NCBI GenBank assembly: GCA_964016885.1
Contig: OZ024740.1
Coordinates: 93,496,001 to 93,560,000, forward strand
Reading direction: 5' to 3'
DNA: 64,000 nucleotides
From: Eledone cirrhosa
Lineage: Eukaryota
A program made the translations under genes and the position numbers. Within the stretch, counting starts at the first letter, position 1; each line of letters begins with the position of its first letter. The notes beneath the pieces were generated by a model. The model was not told the origin of the DNA and made no database searches. It saw only the letters and a program-made list of their open reading frames with translations. This document shows positions 41,401 to 51,014 of the stretch, piece by piece.

Positions 41401-44400
41401 TCTAATTCAAGCACACAGATCACAAATTTGTGGTCCGTGTAGCTTACTATCTTATATTGTGGACAGCCTTTTCTAGACCTATCTATTTCGCTACAAAATA
41501 CTCTATCTAGATATGATCTGGATGACCCTACGTGATTTGTCCAAGTCCACATTGGCACATTCGGGATATACAATCGGTACCCGTCAGACAGTTCAAAACG
41601 CCTGAGCTGGTTGGTGAGGTTCATGCATCCTCCCCCCTATCCGCTAATCCCACACAGTCCCAGCGTGCATCTAAGATCCCGTTCCAGTCGCCCACTAAAG
41701 ATCGGGACGTTCCAAGAAAGGTCTCCAGATGCTGGAAGAAATCAGGCCGCCCTGCTCCTCTCGGGGCATAGACGGCCACTAGCCTGAAAGCTTGTCCCTC
41801 TCCGCTGGTTACGTCTAGCACCACCAACTTACCTTCTGGGTCCAGGAAGATGGCCCGTATGGCGAGATCCAAACCTCTCCGAAAAAGCAGAAACTTCACT
41901 CACGCCCCTGATCCCGGACGGCTGGGAGATGAGTACACAACGTAGCCGCCGAAGATCGGTGCGAAGGCCCGTGCTTCGGTACCGATTGTATTTCCCGAAT
42001 GTTTCGGAGATTCTGGTCTCGCTGATGGCCACTACATCTTTGTTTAGTGACCTGAGGTATTTGAGCAGGTGGCCCTGCTTCCATTATGACCCCAAGCCAC
42101 GCGCATTTATGCTGCCTATTCTGAGTGAGGTCATGTTGAAATGGAGTGGAAATGTTGGGAAAAGACCACTTACCTTACTTCACGTAGAGGATGGATGGTT
42201 TGTCCTTTCTTTTCACTGCTTGTGGCCTCCTCCGGAAGGATGTCCTTATTAATCCTCCTGGAGAGTGTTTGTCCGAAGTCTCCGATGTCTTTGGGGAACT
42301 TTTGTTTTAGTGTCGTGTAGGTTTTCAGTGTGAGGCGAGTGATTTGTATGTGTGGATGTGGTGTGGACATTTGGGTTGTTGTGTAGTCTATTTATGTCAT
42401 GCTGGTGTTGTGTTGCATGTAGTGTAATCATTGGTTGATGTTCAAATTTAATTGTTTCTACTTTAGGCACAAGGCCAGCAATTAACCAGTGTATTACTGG
42501 TACTTTATTTTATCGATCCCGTAAGGATGAAAGGCAAAGTTAACCTCGGTGGGATTTGAACTCAGAATAGCAAGGGCCGTAACTCTATGTGTCATAACAT
42601 GGCGTCCGACTCTCTACTAATACTGCCAATTCAAATTTAATGCTGTCTAGTGTGTATTGTTTTGGTGGTTTTGTTTTGTTTGCGTTTGTTGTGGGTTTGT
42701 TTATGTTACGCTTTTTGGTGACTTTTGTGGTGTTTGTATCGGTAGTGTTGGGGTTAATGATGGTGATGGTGTTGGTGTTTGTGGGGATGAGGTTGGTGAT
42801 GCTGGTGTGGATGGTGGCATATCTGTCCTAACTTTTTTGTTTGATAATTTATTTATTTCGCTTTGTATTTTGTTTTTGGAGGGGGAAGGAAGAGAATTTT
42901 TTTCTTTTTTGGTTTCATTTTTTCTTTTTTCCTGATACCGTTTCCCACTCTTCGTCGTCACAATCTATCTCCAGTTGTGATAGACCGGGGAGTGGAAAAT
43001 CCTCCACAGGCGTTGGTTTTGGTTGTGGCGTGGTGGATGGTGTACGCGCTGGTGCCAGTTCTGTTGCTGGGGTTTGTTGCTGTTACAGTTGCTTCTGTTG
43101 TTGCTGCTATAGCTGTTGTTTCCATTTCTGCTGCTGGTGGTGTTGATGGTTGAGGTCATGGGGTGGGTATGAGAGGTGGCCTCAACCTTTTAACCTGAGG
43201 GCAGAAAGCCCTTAGGTAGGTTGCTTAACCACAAACGACACACCTAGGCCTTCTGCCCTCGACGATTACGCTGAGGTGGCTGCCGTCACTGAGGTCTATA
43301 ACCTCGGGGATCTCCTCAATGCTTTTATGGTCTGCTTGGATCAGGTGCTCCATCCCAGATCCGGAGCAGTTCTCCTGCTTTTCTTTCGCTATTTTGATTA
43401 TCTTGGTGTTGGTCTCGATGCCGGCGAGGAAGGCACCATTAGCCAGGGATTTCGAGGGCCGGTGGCACGTGGGTCACCCTGATCTTCACCAGTCTCTGGC
43501 CACAATAGCTTAGGACGAGTGTGAAGTCGTCACTTCTTAATGGGGCCATGGAATGTTCTCTGGCCTCCTGTGGTTTTTCAAAGAACACGTCCACGGTTCC
43601 ATATTTCTGCCCACGTCTGATGTGGGTTTTTTCTGCCCACACATGCGATTTGGGACTCGGATGCCCGTTCCACTCGGCGCGATGTTATGTTAATTGTCCG
43701 ATAAGACTCGGTGCATAGGCGACGATGCTCCATTTTATTAGGTGTGTGTGTCTGTGGGGGGGGGGGGGGGGTGACCTTGTACCCATCTTTCTTTACCATT
43801 CTTTTGGCTTCTTCTAACTCCGCCTGAGTTATCTACCTGGATCGCTTCGCACGTTTTTGCTACTCTGGCAAAACTCAGGGTAGTTTTCTTAATTTCATTG
43901 TTGCTGTTGTTGTTATCGTTATGTTTGTTATTGTTAATTTTAGTTTCAGTTGTGGTGGTGGTGGCGTCAGTGGTGTTCGGTGTTGAAGAGTTCATTTTGC
44001 TTGAATTCATTTCGATATCACGAGTTAATTTATTTTTTTCTTTTGTTTCTGTTGTCGCTGTGGTGGTGGTGGCGGGGGTTGTCGCTTTGGTGGCGGTGGT
44101 GGGGTGGGGGTGGCGGCTTTAACACCTGCAGTCATTGGTAATGGCGGGAAATTTTAAATATTGAGTCAAATTTAAAATATTGCTACTGCTTATATATTTA
44201 GTGTTGGCAAACGTAGTAATATTTACAATGGTGGTGTCGGTGTGAGGTGTTAGTTTGTGAGGAAGGTGTGAATCTGAGTCCGCCATGATTTTTCAAAGAA
44301 CATTTTTTTTTTTGTTTGATGATTAAAAAAAGTTTAAATTTTGGGCCCAATGCCCCAATATTTTTGATTGTCCTTTTCAGAAATCAATGTGTGTGCACTT

Positions 44401-44506
44401 ATATACAGTTAACAATAACAATTTTCCATAAATGGCAATTTTAAACAACTGAAAATAACAAACATTTGCGGAGCTCACGATGATACGATTTACTACGTAG
44501 GTCGCC
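38457..44506 (-). mobile_element. Tx1/L1-clade LINE copy C: A-type ORF2/3'UTR with a divergent ORF1/5'UTR, decayed
   Basis: Tail 38457-38489; ORF2 relics ~42134->38740 closely match A1; ORF1 from ATG 44286 matches A1 only at protein level (RRVERASESQI, RGQKYGTVDVFF). Confidence 0.93.
42451..42630 (-). mobile_element. SINE inserted in ORF1 of copy C, with target-site duplication
   Basis: TTCAAATTTAA at 42441-42451 and 42630-42640. Confidence 0.92.
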
Positions 44507-44541
<35 letters not shown>

Positions 44542-44791
44542 TTTCATTTATTGGCCACAAGGGCCGACATATAGGGGACAACACAATAGACAGGGACAGT
44601 GGGGGTTTACATAGAGATCGAGTAAGTATAAATAACAAAAAACAAAATAACAATAAAAATACAACAATGAAAGTTCCCCAATAAGAGGGATCACCACCCA
44701 GGGTTGACTCAAGCACCCCACCAGTCCTGAGCCACCCGACGCTCCTAGGGCACCCGGGAAGGGCACCCCTCTCCTTCTCGAATTCACCAGC

Positions 44792-47700
44792 CTACAGGCG
44801 CATGATCAGAGTAGGCCCACTCACACGGGCCATTCTCGCCACATTCACCCACCTTTCAGTAAATGTACTGGGGGGCAGCACTTCTCTCTCCACCCTCACC
44901 TTCCTTTCCAAGTGAAACTTGAAGAAGTTGATGAGGGATTGGCCGAAGAGAAAAGTGTCTGTCTTCAGTCCTTTCAACCTGGTCCACCATGCAACCTCTT
45001 TCGCTACTGCCACCAGGCAGAGGAAAATTGCCTGCCCTTCCTGACCAAAAGAAGGCGGCGGGTCAATCTTCACTATGGACTCGGACGATAGCCGGATCCG
45101 TTCTACACGCGACAATAGCTGTTCGACATAACCCCACAAGTCAGCAATGCACGGACACTGGACGAGTGCGTGCAGAACGGTTTCGTCGCTCTGCGCGCAT
45201 CTCGGGCAGGTTCGTCTGACAGCACTTCCGTGCCTGTAGAGTTTATCCCGAACCGGCAGCGCCCCCCGGTAGCACTGCCAAGCGAGGGATTTCTGGAAGT
45301 TATCCATCGTCCCCGGCTCGAAAGTCCTCCGGAACATACTGGTCAGTTCTACTTCGTTGACGCCCAGAGCCTCTCCTAGTACGTCATCGCACTTGCCCTC
45401 CACTAATCCTCTATAGAAATCTTGAGTGGAAGTTCCACTGACCGCATTGCCCACCTTGCAGAGTGCAGTGAGCGCCTGGCAACATTCCAGATGCCAGTCG
45501 CCCAGTCTCGGTCTCTTCTTGACCCAGGACTGCAGCTCAGTCAAAGAGATGAGCTGCGGAAAGGCCCGTCTAACAAACGGCGACCACACCTGTTCACCGT
45601 TTAGGCAAAATATCTGGAGATGTCGCAGCCTCAGCGCATGTCTGCGCATCATTAGCCACGGCATGCCCAGCCCTCCACGAAGAGGGTGCTGGCAGCAGAT
45701 GGACCGCCTCACCAACGGGACCCGTCCCCTCCACAAAAATTTGAAAAGGAGCCGTTCCAAATTGGCGAGGCGTGGACGGGGGCAAGGCACGACGGTCAGG
45801 CGGTAGTAGATGACGGACGCGATGTACGCGTTCGCCACCTCCGCCCGCCCTTTCAGTGATAGCTTTCTCTCAGCCCATTTCTGGGTGAGGTTGGCTATCC
45901 TGCTCGTCACCTCGTCCCAATTCTTATCCACCTGGAGGTCTGGTCCGAACCAAACCCCGAGCAACTTTACCGGTCCGTCTGTCCAGCGCCCAACGACGCT
46001 GTTGGACGGCATGGACTTGCCTCTCCAGGTGCCGAGCTGCAAGCCCACCGACTTTTCCGGGTTAAGTTTTGCTCCCGTCAACCTTTCATATTCCTCCAAA
46101 TGGGTGCGGATCACCTCGACTTCCGAGGTGTCCGACACCATCACGGTGATGTCGTCCGCATAAGCGGACGCAGCCTTTCTACGTCCCGGTTCGAGCGGGA
46201 TGCCCTGCAACAACTCCAGCTTCCGCAGTAGAGGCTCAAGAGTCAATACGTACAGAAGTGAGGAGAGAGGGCACCCTTGACGGACCGATCGAGAGATCTG
46301 AAACGGTTCCGAGAGGTGGCCATTAACTTTGACCACCGAGCGGATGCCGCTGTACATTGCAGCGATCCAGCTTCTGAAGACGGGGCCGAAGCCAGCCGCC
46401 TCGAGGACAGCCTCCAAGTACCGATGGTCGACCCTATCGAATGCTTTCGATTGATCTAAATTGATCAGAGCCCCACCGAAGCCAGGTTTGCACCCAACCC
46501 TCTCTATGATGTATCGCATGAGGTGGAGGTTGTCGTGTATGGACCTGGTCGGGATTGCGCAAGTTTGCGCCTCCCCAACCAAATCTTTGACGACAAGCGC
46601 CAACCTTTTCGCTAACACCTTGGCCAAAATCTTAAACTCTGTGTTGAGCAGGGTTATGGGCCTGAAATTATCTAGTGTGTCCCTCTTGTTCTCGTCTTTC
46701 CTTATCAGCGTCACTACGCCACGGCTCACAGAACTGGGAATGCTCCCGTTCTGCTGCCAGTTGCAGTAGAGCGCTTCGAGGAGATCGGAGAACAAGTCTG
46801 GCATATTTACGTAAAGCTCGTAGGGCAGACCATCCAAACCGGGTGACTTGCGACTCGAGCAGCCGACAAGGGCGTCCTGAATTTCGGCTGATGTTATCGG
46901 CTCTTCGCAGCGCTCAGCGTCGGCCGTCGAGAGGCGTGGCAAGCCGTCGAGGTAGGGACTGAAGTCCGCCGCCGTGTCCGACTCACCCATCCTCCCGAAC
47001 AATCGAGCAAAGTGCTGGCGAAAGGCCTCACACATCTGCTTGGAATCGCTCAGTTCGTGTCCATCTCGATCCGTCAAAGACCGAATTGTGGTTTTATTTC
47101 CACGCTGCGTCTCTGCAAAGCGAGCCCATCGGGCAGCTTTGGTTCCCTCGTTCCTCAGAGCACGCGCCTTAGCTCTGACAATGCAACCTTCGTGTTTCGC
47201 ATTGAAGAAATGGTCTAGTGCCATTCTCGCCGCTAGCACGTCTGTTGCAATGCCACTACAAATAACCTCGTCTAACTTAGCTATCAGCCCCTCCTCCTTT
47301 CTATTTTTCTCTATTGCTACTTCTTTGCTAAATCCTATCGAGGTTGCTCTAATCTCTCTTTTGAGTGCCCCCCACCACCTGTTGTTGACAACCCCCCCTG
47401 TCAACTTTTGCTTAACTAAGTTGTTGACCCGGTCCCTGTAAGCTTTACGTGCCGGAAACGACATGTTTAGCTTCCAGTAGCTAGGTCCTAACCTACGTGT
47501 CTTATCTAGGTCGACCATACAGATCACAAGCTTGTGATCTGAATAGGCAACCGTTTTAAAATGTGGACATCCTACACTATTTCTATCTCTTTTCCTAATG
47601 AAAATCCTATCTATGTACGATCTAGATGACCCTATGCGATTGGTCCAGGTCCATACTGGCGCATTAGGGAAATCTAGTCGGTACCTGTCAGACAGTTGAA

Positions 47701-48211
47701 ACTGGCTGATCAGGTACTTGAGGCTTTTGCACCCCCCGCTCCTATCAGATACTCCCACACAATCCCAGCGTGCTTCTAAGATGCCATTCCAATCCCCTAT
47801 TAACAGTAAAGGGCGAGACGTAAGCAGAAAGTTTTCCAGGCGCCTAAAGAAGTCCGGCCGACCGGCCCCAGTAGGGGCGTAGACGGCCACCAGTCTAAAG
47901 GCACCACCTTCGCTATTGCTCACGTCCAGGACCACCAACTTTCCGTCAGGATCCCGGAAGATTGACCTTACCTCGAGATCCAGACATTTCCTAAACAGCA
48001 CAGCCACTCCACCTCCCATTCCCGGCCGACTGACAGATGCAAAGATCTGATAATCGTCGAAAATCGGCGCCAGTGCGCGTGTGTCGGAAATTCTGGTCTC
48101 GCTGATCGCAATTACATCCATTCCTAGTGACCTGAGGTCGTTGAGCAAGTGACCTTGCTTCCAGGGCGACCCCAGGCCACGAACATTTAAACTTCCTACT
48201 CTTATGGCCAT
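44792..48211 (-). CDS. ORF2 protein, 1139 aa: APE endonuclease + reverse transcriptase + C-terminal CCHC finger
   Basis: APE motifs SLNVRGL, ISETR, VYAPT, GDWN, SYIDRIF, SDHK; RT motifs KSPGLDGLPYE, FRPITLLNTEFKILAKVLAKRL, LDQSKAFDRVDH, VRQGCPLS, YADD; CPRC..ETVLHALVQC. Confidence 0.97.
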   Translation of the reverse strand: MAIRVGSLNVRGLGSPWKQGHLLNDLRSLGMDVIAISETRISDTRALAPIFDDYQIFASVSRPGMGGGVAVLFRKCLDLEVRSIFRDPDGKLVVLDVSNSEGGAFRLVAVYAPTGAGRPDFFRRLENFLLTSRPLLLIGDWNGILEARWDCVGVSDRSGGCKSLKYLISQFQLSDRYRLDFPNAPVWTWTNRIGSSRSYIDRIFIRKRDRNSVGCPHFKTVAYSDHKLVICMVDLDKTRRLGPSYWKLNMSFPARKAYRDRVNNLVKQKLTGGVVNNRWWGALKREIRATSIGFSKEVAIEKNRKEEGLIAKLDEVICSGIATDVLAARMALDHFFNAKHEGCIVRAKARALRNEGTKAARWARFAETQRGNKTTIRSLTDRDGHELSDSKQMCEAFRQHFARLFGRMGESDTAADFSPYLDGLPRLSTADAERCEEPITSAEIQDALVGCSSRKSPGLDGLPYELYVNMPDLFSDLLEALYCNWQQNGSIPSSVSRGVVTLIRKDENKRDTLDNFRPITLLNTEFKILAKVLAKRLALVVKDLVGEAQTCAIPTRSIHDNLHLMRYIIERVGCKPGFGGALINLDQSKAFDRVDHRYLEAVLEAAGFGPVFRSWIAAMYSGIRSVVKVNGHLSEPFQISRSVRQGCPLSSLLYVLTLEPLLRKLELLQGIPLEPGRRKAASAYADDITVMVSDTSEVEVIRTHLEEYERLTGAKLNPEKSVGLQLGTWRGKSMPSNSVVGRWTDGPVKLLGVWFGPDLQVDKNWDEVTSRIANLTQKWAERKLSLKGRAEVANAYIASVIYYRLTVVPCPRPRLANLERLLFKFLWRGRVPLVRRSICCQHPLRGGLGMPWLMMRRHALRLRHLQIFCLNGEQVWSPFVRRAFPQLISLTELQSWVKKRPRLGDWHLECCQALTALCKVGNAVSGTSTQDFYRGLVEGKCDDVLGEALGVNEVELTSMFRRTFEPGTMDNFQKSLAWQCYRGALPVRDKLYRHGSAVRRTCPRCAQSDETVLHALVQCPCIADLWGYVEQLLSRVERIRLSSESIVKIDPPPSFGQEGQAIFLCLVAVAKEVAWWTRLKGLKTDTFLFGQSLINFFKFHLERKVRVEREVLPPSTFTERWVNVARMARVSGPTLIMRL

Positions 48212-48240
48212 GCTGGCAGGATGAATGGGAGAGGAAAGGT

Positions 48241-50151
48241 TTACTTACCTTCCGGGGTCTTGTGAAGGTCGGGTGGTTCGACCTCCATGGTTTGTGGGGT
48301 TTCTTTTGGGAACCCCTTTAATAGTCTTGACGTGGGTTTTACGTTCGGGGTTCCCACATCCCGAGGAAAGCTCTTTCGAATTTCTTTGTATGAAGCGAGC
48401 GACATTCGCATCAGAAGCAAATTATCTGGTACGCGAAATGTGCTCGCTTCAAATGTTTCCCCGTCTTTTTCGATGTTTGTGCTTCGTGCTACATGGGCCA
48501 TCAATTCCTTGTTGGCCCTTCTGGCAAGCACGAAGTTTTTATAGTTTTGTTGCTCGGGTTTTATTTGTTCGTGTGATTGTGGTGGTGATAGCTTTGTTAG
48601 TGTTGTTTCTATTGTGTCTGCGTTTGTTGTGGGTGGGGTGTCTGTAGTTTCTGATGTTTGTGTGTCTATTTGTTCTTGTGTCTGTTTAGCTTGTTTGCGT
48701 TTGGGGGATTGTGGTGGTTGTGTTGGTGATGCTGTGGGGAAAATGTTTGTGTGGGTGGTGTGTGTATTTTTTTTTGTGGGGGTGTTTGTGCTTTGTGGAT
48801 TTCTTTTTTTTTTGTGTTTTGTTTTTTGTATTTTGGGGGACTTTGGTTTTCCCTCATCTTCACTGCTGGAGGATGAGGGGTCTGTGGCTGTGAGCGTGTT
48901 TGTGTCTGAGTGAGTGTTTATGTTCTTGTTCGTGTGTGTATTTTGGGGGGGAGGGGGAATGGGAGAGCTTTCCTCGTTTCCCCCCTGGGTGTGCAATTTT
49001 GGTGGTTCCATTGTTGACGGTGTTGCTGGTGGTCCTTGTCCCGGCGTCGCCAGCAGTGGAATCTTTCGACCCCTTGCGCTTTTCGGCAGTTGAGGGCAGA
49101 AGGCTCGCAAGTGTGTCGTTTCCCCACAAAGGAAACAATGCGGCCTTTTGCCCTCAGTCATTATATGCAACACCCTCCCGTTTTGGAGGCGGATGTGGTC
49201 CGGGATTGTTTTTACGTTTTCGGGTCTGATTTGGAGCAGTATCTCCAGATCAACCCCGGACCAGTCGTCCCTGGCAGTTCTCGTTGCCTCTACCGGGACT
49301 GTATCCGTTCCTTCCACGATTACGCAACCCAGGAGCCACCACATATCAAGTCCTGGTGGAATCCTGGGAATGCGCACACGTGCTATTCGTTTTCCCATGT
49401 GGGAGGGGTACATTATGACCTTGCTGGTTTTGCAAGGGGTCATTGAATGCTTCACAGCGAGGGCTTCAGACTTGAACAGCACCGAAACGGTGCCGTATTG
49501 CCTGCCCCTCTCTATGAAGTCTGTGTCCTCTCTGATGTATTTCAGTGCGGCTTCTATGTCAGCTTGGGCGATTATCGCTGCCCTCTTTGTCTCTACTGAG
49601 ATGCATCTGAAATGCACCGTTCTTTTTTCCACTGCCTCAATGGCTTCTGCCGGGACAGTTAAGTTTGCCCAGGTCTGCTCTTGATTTATGATTTTCCAGG
49701 CCTGGGCCAACTTTTCCTCTCTGTTGGTTAAGTCGATGCTGTAGCATGGTCTCCTTTTAGCCGCTGCCACAGCAGCGAAAGTGTTCTTGTTGGTGTTGTC
49801 ACTGTTGTTGTTCTTGTTGGTGTTGCTGCTGCTATTGCTGTTGTTGTTCTCCCCTGTGTCGTGGTTACCTTCTGTGCTGTTGGCCTTGTTGGTGCTGCTG
49901 CTGTCGCTACTATTACTCTCTGTGCTGTTCGTTTTGTTGGTGCTCTCGCTATTACCACCTTCTGCGCTCTTCGGCTTGTTGGTGTTGGTGTTGTCGCTGT
50001 TACCACCTTCCGCGCCGCTCGGCCCGTTGGTGCTGGCACTGTCGCTGCTCACATTCGTGCTGGTGGCGCTCCTCGCCTCACCTCTCCTCTCAACGCTCAA
50101 GTCGCCGTTGCACGACAGCAGACCCGCCTCTAGGGGGCGTGGCTCCGCCAT
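48241..50151 (-). CDS. ORF1 protein, 636 aa: low-complexity N-terminus, RRM-like core, CCHC zinc knuckle, low-complexity C-terminus
   Basis: CFLCGETTHLRAFC (CX2CX4HX4C); RGRQYGTVSVLF RNP-like segment; lies upstream of ORF2. Confidence 0.92.
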   Translation of the reverse strand: MAEPRPLEAGLLSCNGDLSVERRGEARSATSTNVSSDSASTNGPSGAEGGNSDNTNTNKPKSAEGGNSESTNKTNSTESNSSDSSSTNKANSTEGNHDTGENNNSNSSSNTNKNNNSDNTNKNTFAAVAAAKRRPCYSIDLTNREEKLAQAWKIINQEQTWANLTVPAEAIEAVEKRTVHFRCISVETKRAAIIAQADIEAALKYIREDTDFIERGRQYGTVSVLFKSEALAVKHSMTPCKTSKVIMYPSHMGKRIARVRIPRIPPGLDMWWLLGCVIVEGTDTVPVEATRTARDDWSGVDLEILLQIRPENVKTIPDHIRLQNGRVLHIMTEGKRPHCFLCGETTHLRAFCPQLPKSARGRKIPLLATPGQGPPATPSTMEPPKLHTQGGNEESSPIPPPPQNTHTNKNINTHSDTNTLTATDPSSSSSEDEGKPKSPKIQKTKHKKKRNPQSTNTPTKKNTHTTHTNIFPTASPTQPPQSPKRKQAKQTQEQIDTQTSETTDTPPTTNADTIETTLTKLSPPQSHEQIKPEQQNYKNFVLARRANKELMAHVARSTNIEKDGETFEASTFRVPDNLLLMRMSLASYKEIRKSFPRDVGTPNVKPTSRLLKGFPKETPQTMEVEPPDLHKTPEGK

Positions 50152-50197
50152 GTTTTTTTGAGAACAAAATTATTATTTTTTTTCAAAATAAAGTTCA

Positions 50198-50225
50198 AAT
50201 ATTTGGGCCAAAAGGCCCAAATATT
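50198..50225 (-). promoter_or_regulatory. Conserved 5'UTR hairpin upstream of ORF1
   Basis: AATATTTGGGCC-AAAA-GGCCCAAATATT is a perfect 12-bp inverted repeat; related stems occur in copies D, C and A1. Confidence 0.6.
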
Positions 50226-50382
50226 ATGAGTTATTCCTTCACAGGATACAAATTAATGTCTTATAATGCTTCAGCGGTACAAAAAATAAACAATTCTCTA
50301 CAATTAATCCTCAAAAATTGCTTACTCACGGAGCTTCAAAAAACGTACATCCACTTTCGTCAATAATAATAATAATAATAAT

Positions 50383-50463
50383 AATTGTTTCTACTTTAGG
50401 CACCAGGCCAGCAATTACCCAGTGCATTACTGGTACTTTATTTTATTGACCCCGTAAGGATGA
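50383..50463 (-). mobile_element. 5'-truncated SINE between two (AAT)n tracts
   Basis: SINE 3' end; AAT tracts at 50362-50385 and 50464-50496. Confidence 0.9.
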
Positions 50464-50497
<34 letters not shown>

Positions 50498-50893
50498 CTT
50501 TCTTTATTAACCACAAGCGTTTACATAAAGTAGACATTAAGGGCAGTACAGGACAATACAGGACGGTACAAATGGGCATTTCTGCGTGTAAAAAAAACAG
50601 AGGATGTAATAAAATAACAAAGAAAAATTCCCCAATAGGGGGGAGACTTCCGTGGGACATTTGTGGAGAAAACCCATTAAAAGACCACAGTGACCCTGAC
50701 CACCAGGGCAAGTGCCCTCTCCCAGTTTTCCACCTTTAATTTACAGACACATATTCAGAGTATTCACTCGGGCCATACTTGCCTCTCTCACCCATCTTTC
50801 AACAAAATGCTGGGAAGAGAGCACTTCCCTCTCTACCCTGATTTTCAATTTTCAAATGAAATTTGAAATTTGAAAAAGTTAATCAGGGCATCG
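50464..50893 (-). mobile_element. Tx1-like A-family copy A5, 5'-truncated (~0.4 kb)
   Basis: Tail plus A-type 3'UTR and ORF2 end. Confidence 0.9.
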
Positions 50894-50904
50894 CAATATC
50901 ATAA

Positions 50905-51003
50905 TACTTGTTTCTACTTTTGGCACAAGGCCAGCAATTATCCCAGCGCATAACTGGTAATTTATGTTATCGACCCCGTAAGGATGAAAGGGAAAGTTAA
51001 CCC
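50905..51003 (-). mobile_element. SINE 3' fragment
   Basis: TTGTTTCTACTTTTGGCACAAGGCCAGCAATT..GATGAAAGG. Confidence 0.85.
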
Positions 51004-51014
51004 ATGTGGTATAT

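Larger units (their letters stand above)
44507..50361 (-). mobile_element. Intact full-length Tx1/L1-clade LINE (copy B), flanked by (AAT)n on both sides
   Basis: 5'UTR 50361-50152, ORF1, 29-nt spacer, ORF2, 3'UTR with AATAAA, (ATT)11 tail 44507-44539; both ORFs open. Confidence 0.97.

Noticed and set aside
48213-48248. 36-nt GT..AG mini-intron that might fuse ORF1 and ORF2
   Set aside because: Removal gives GAA GCA TGG CCA TAA, out of frame with ORF2. The AG is not at this position in A, C or D, and the intron would be very short.
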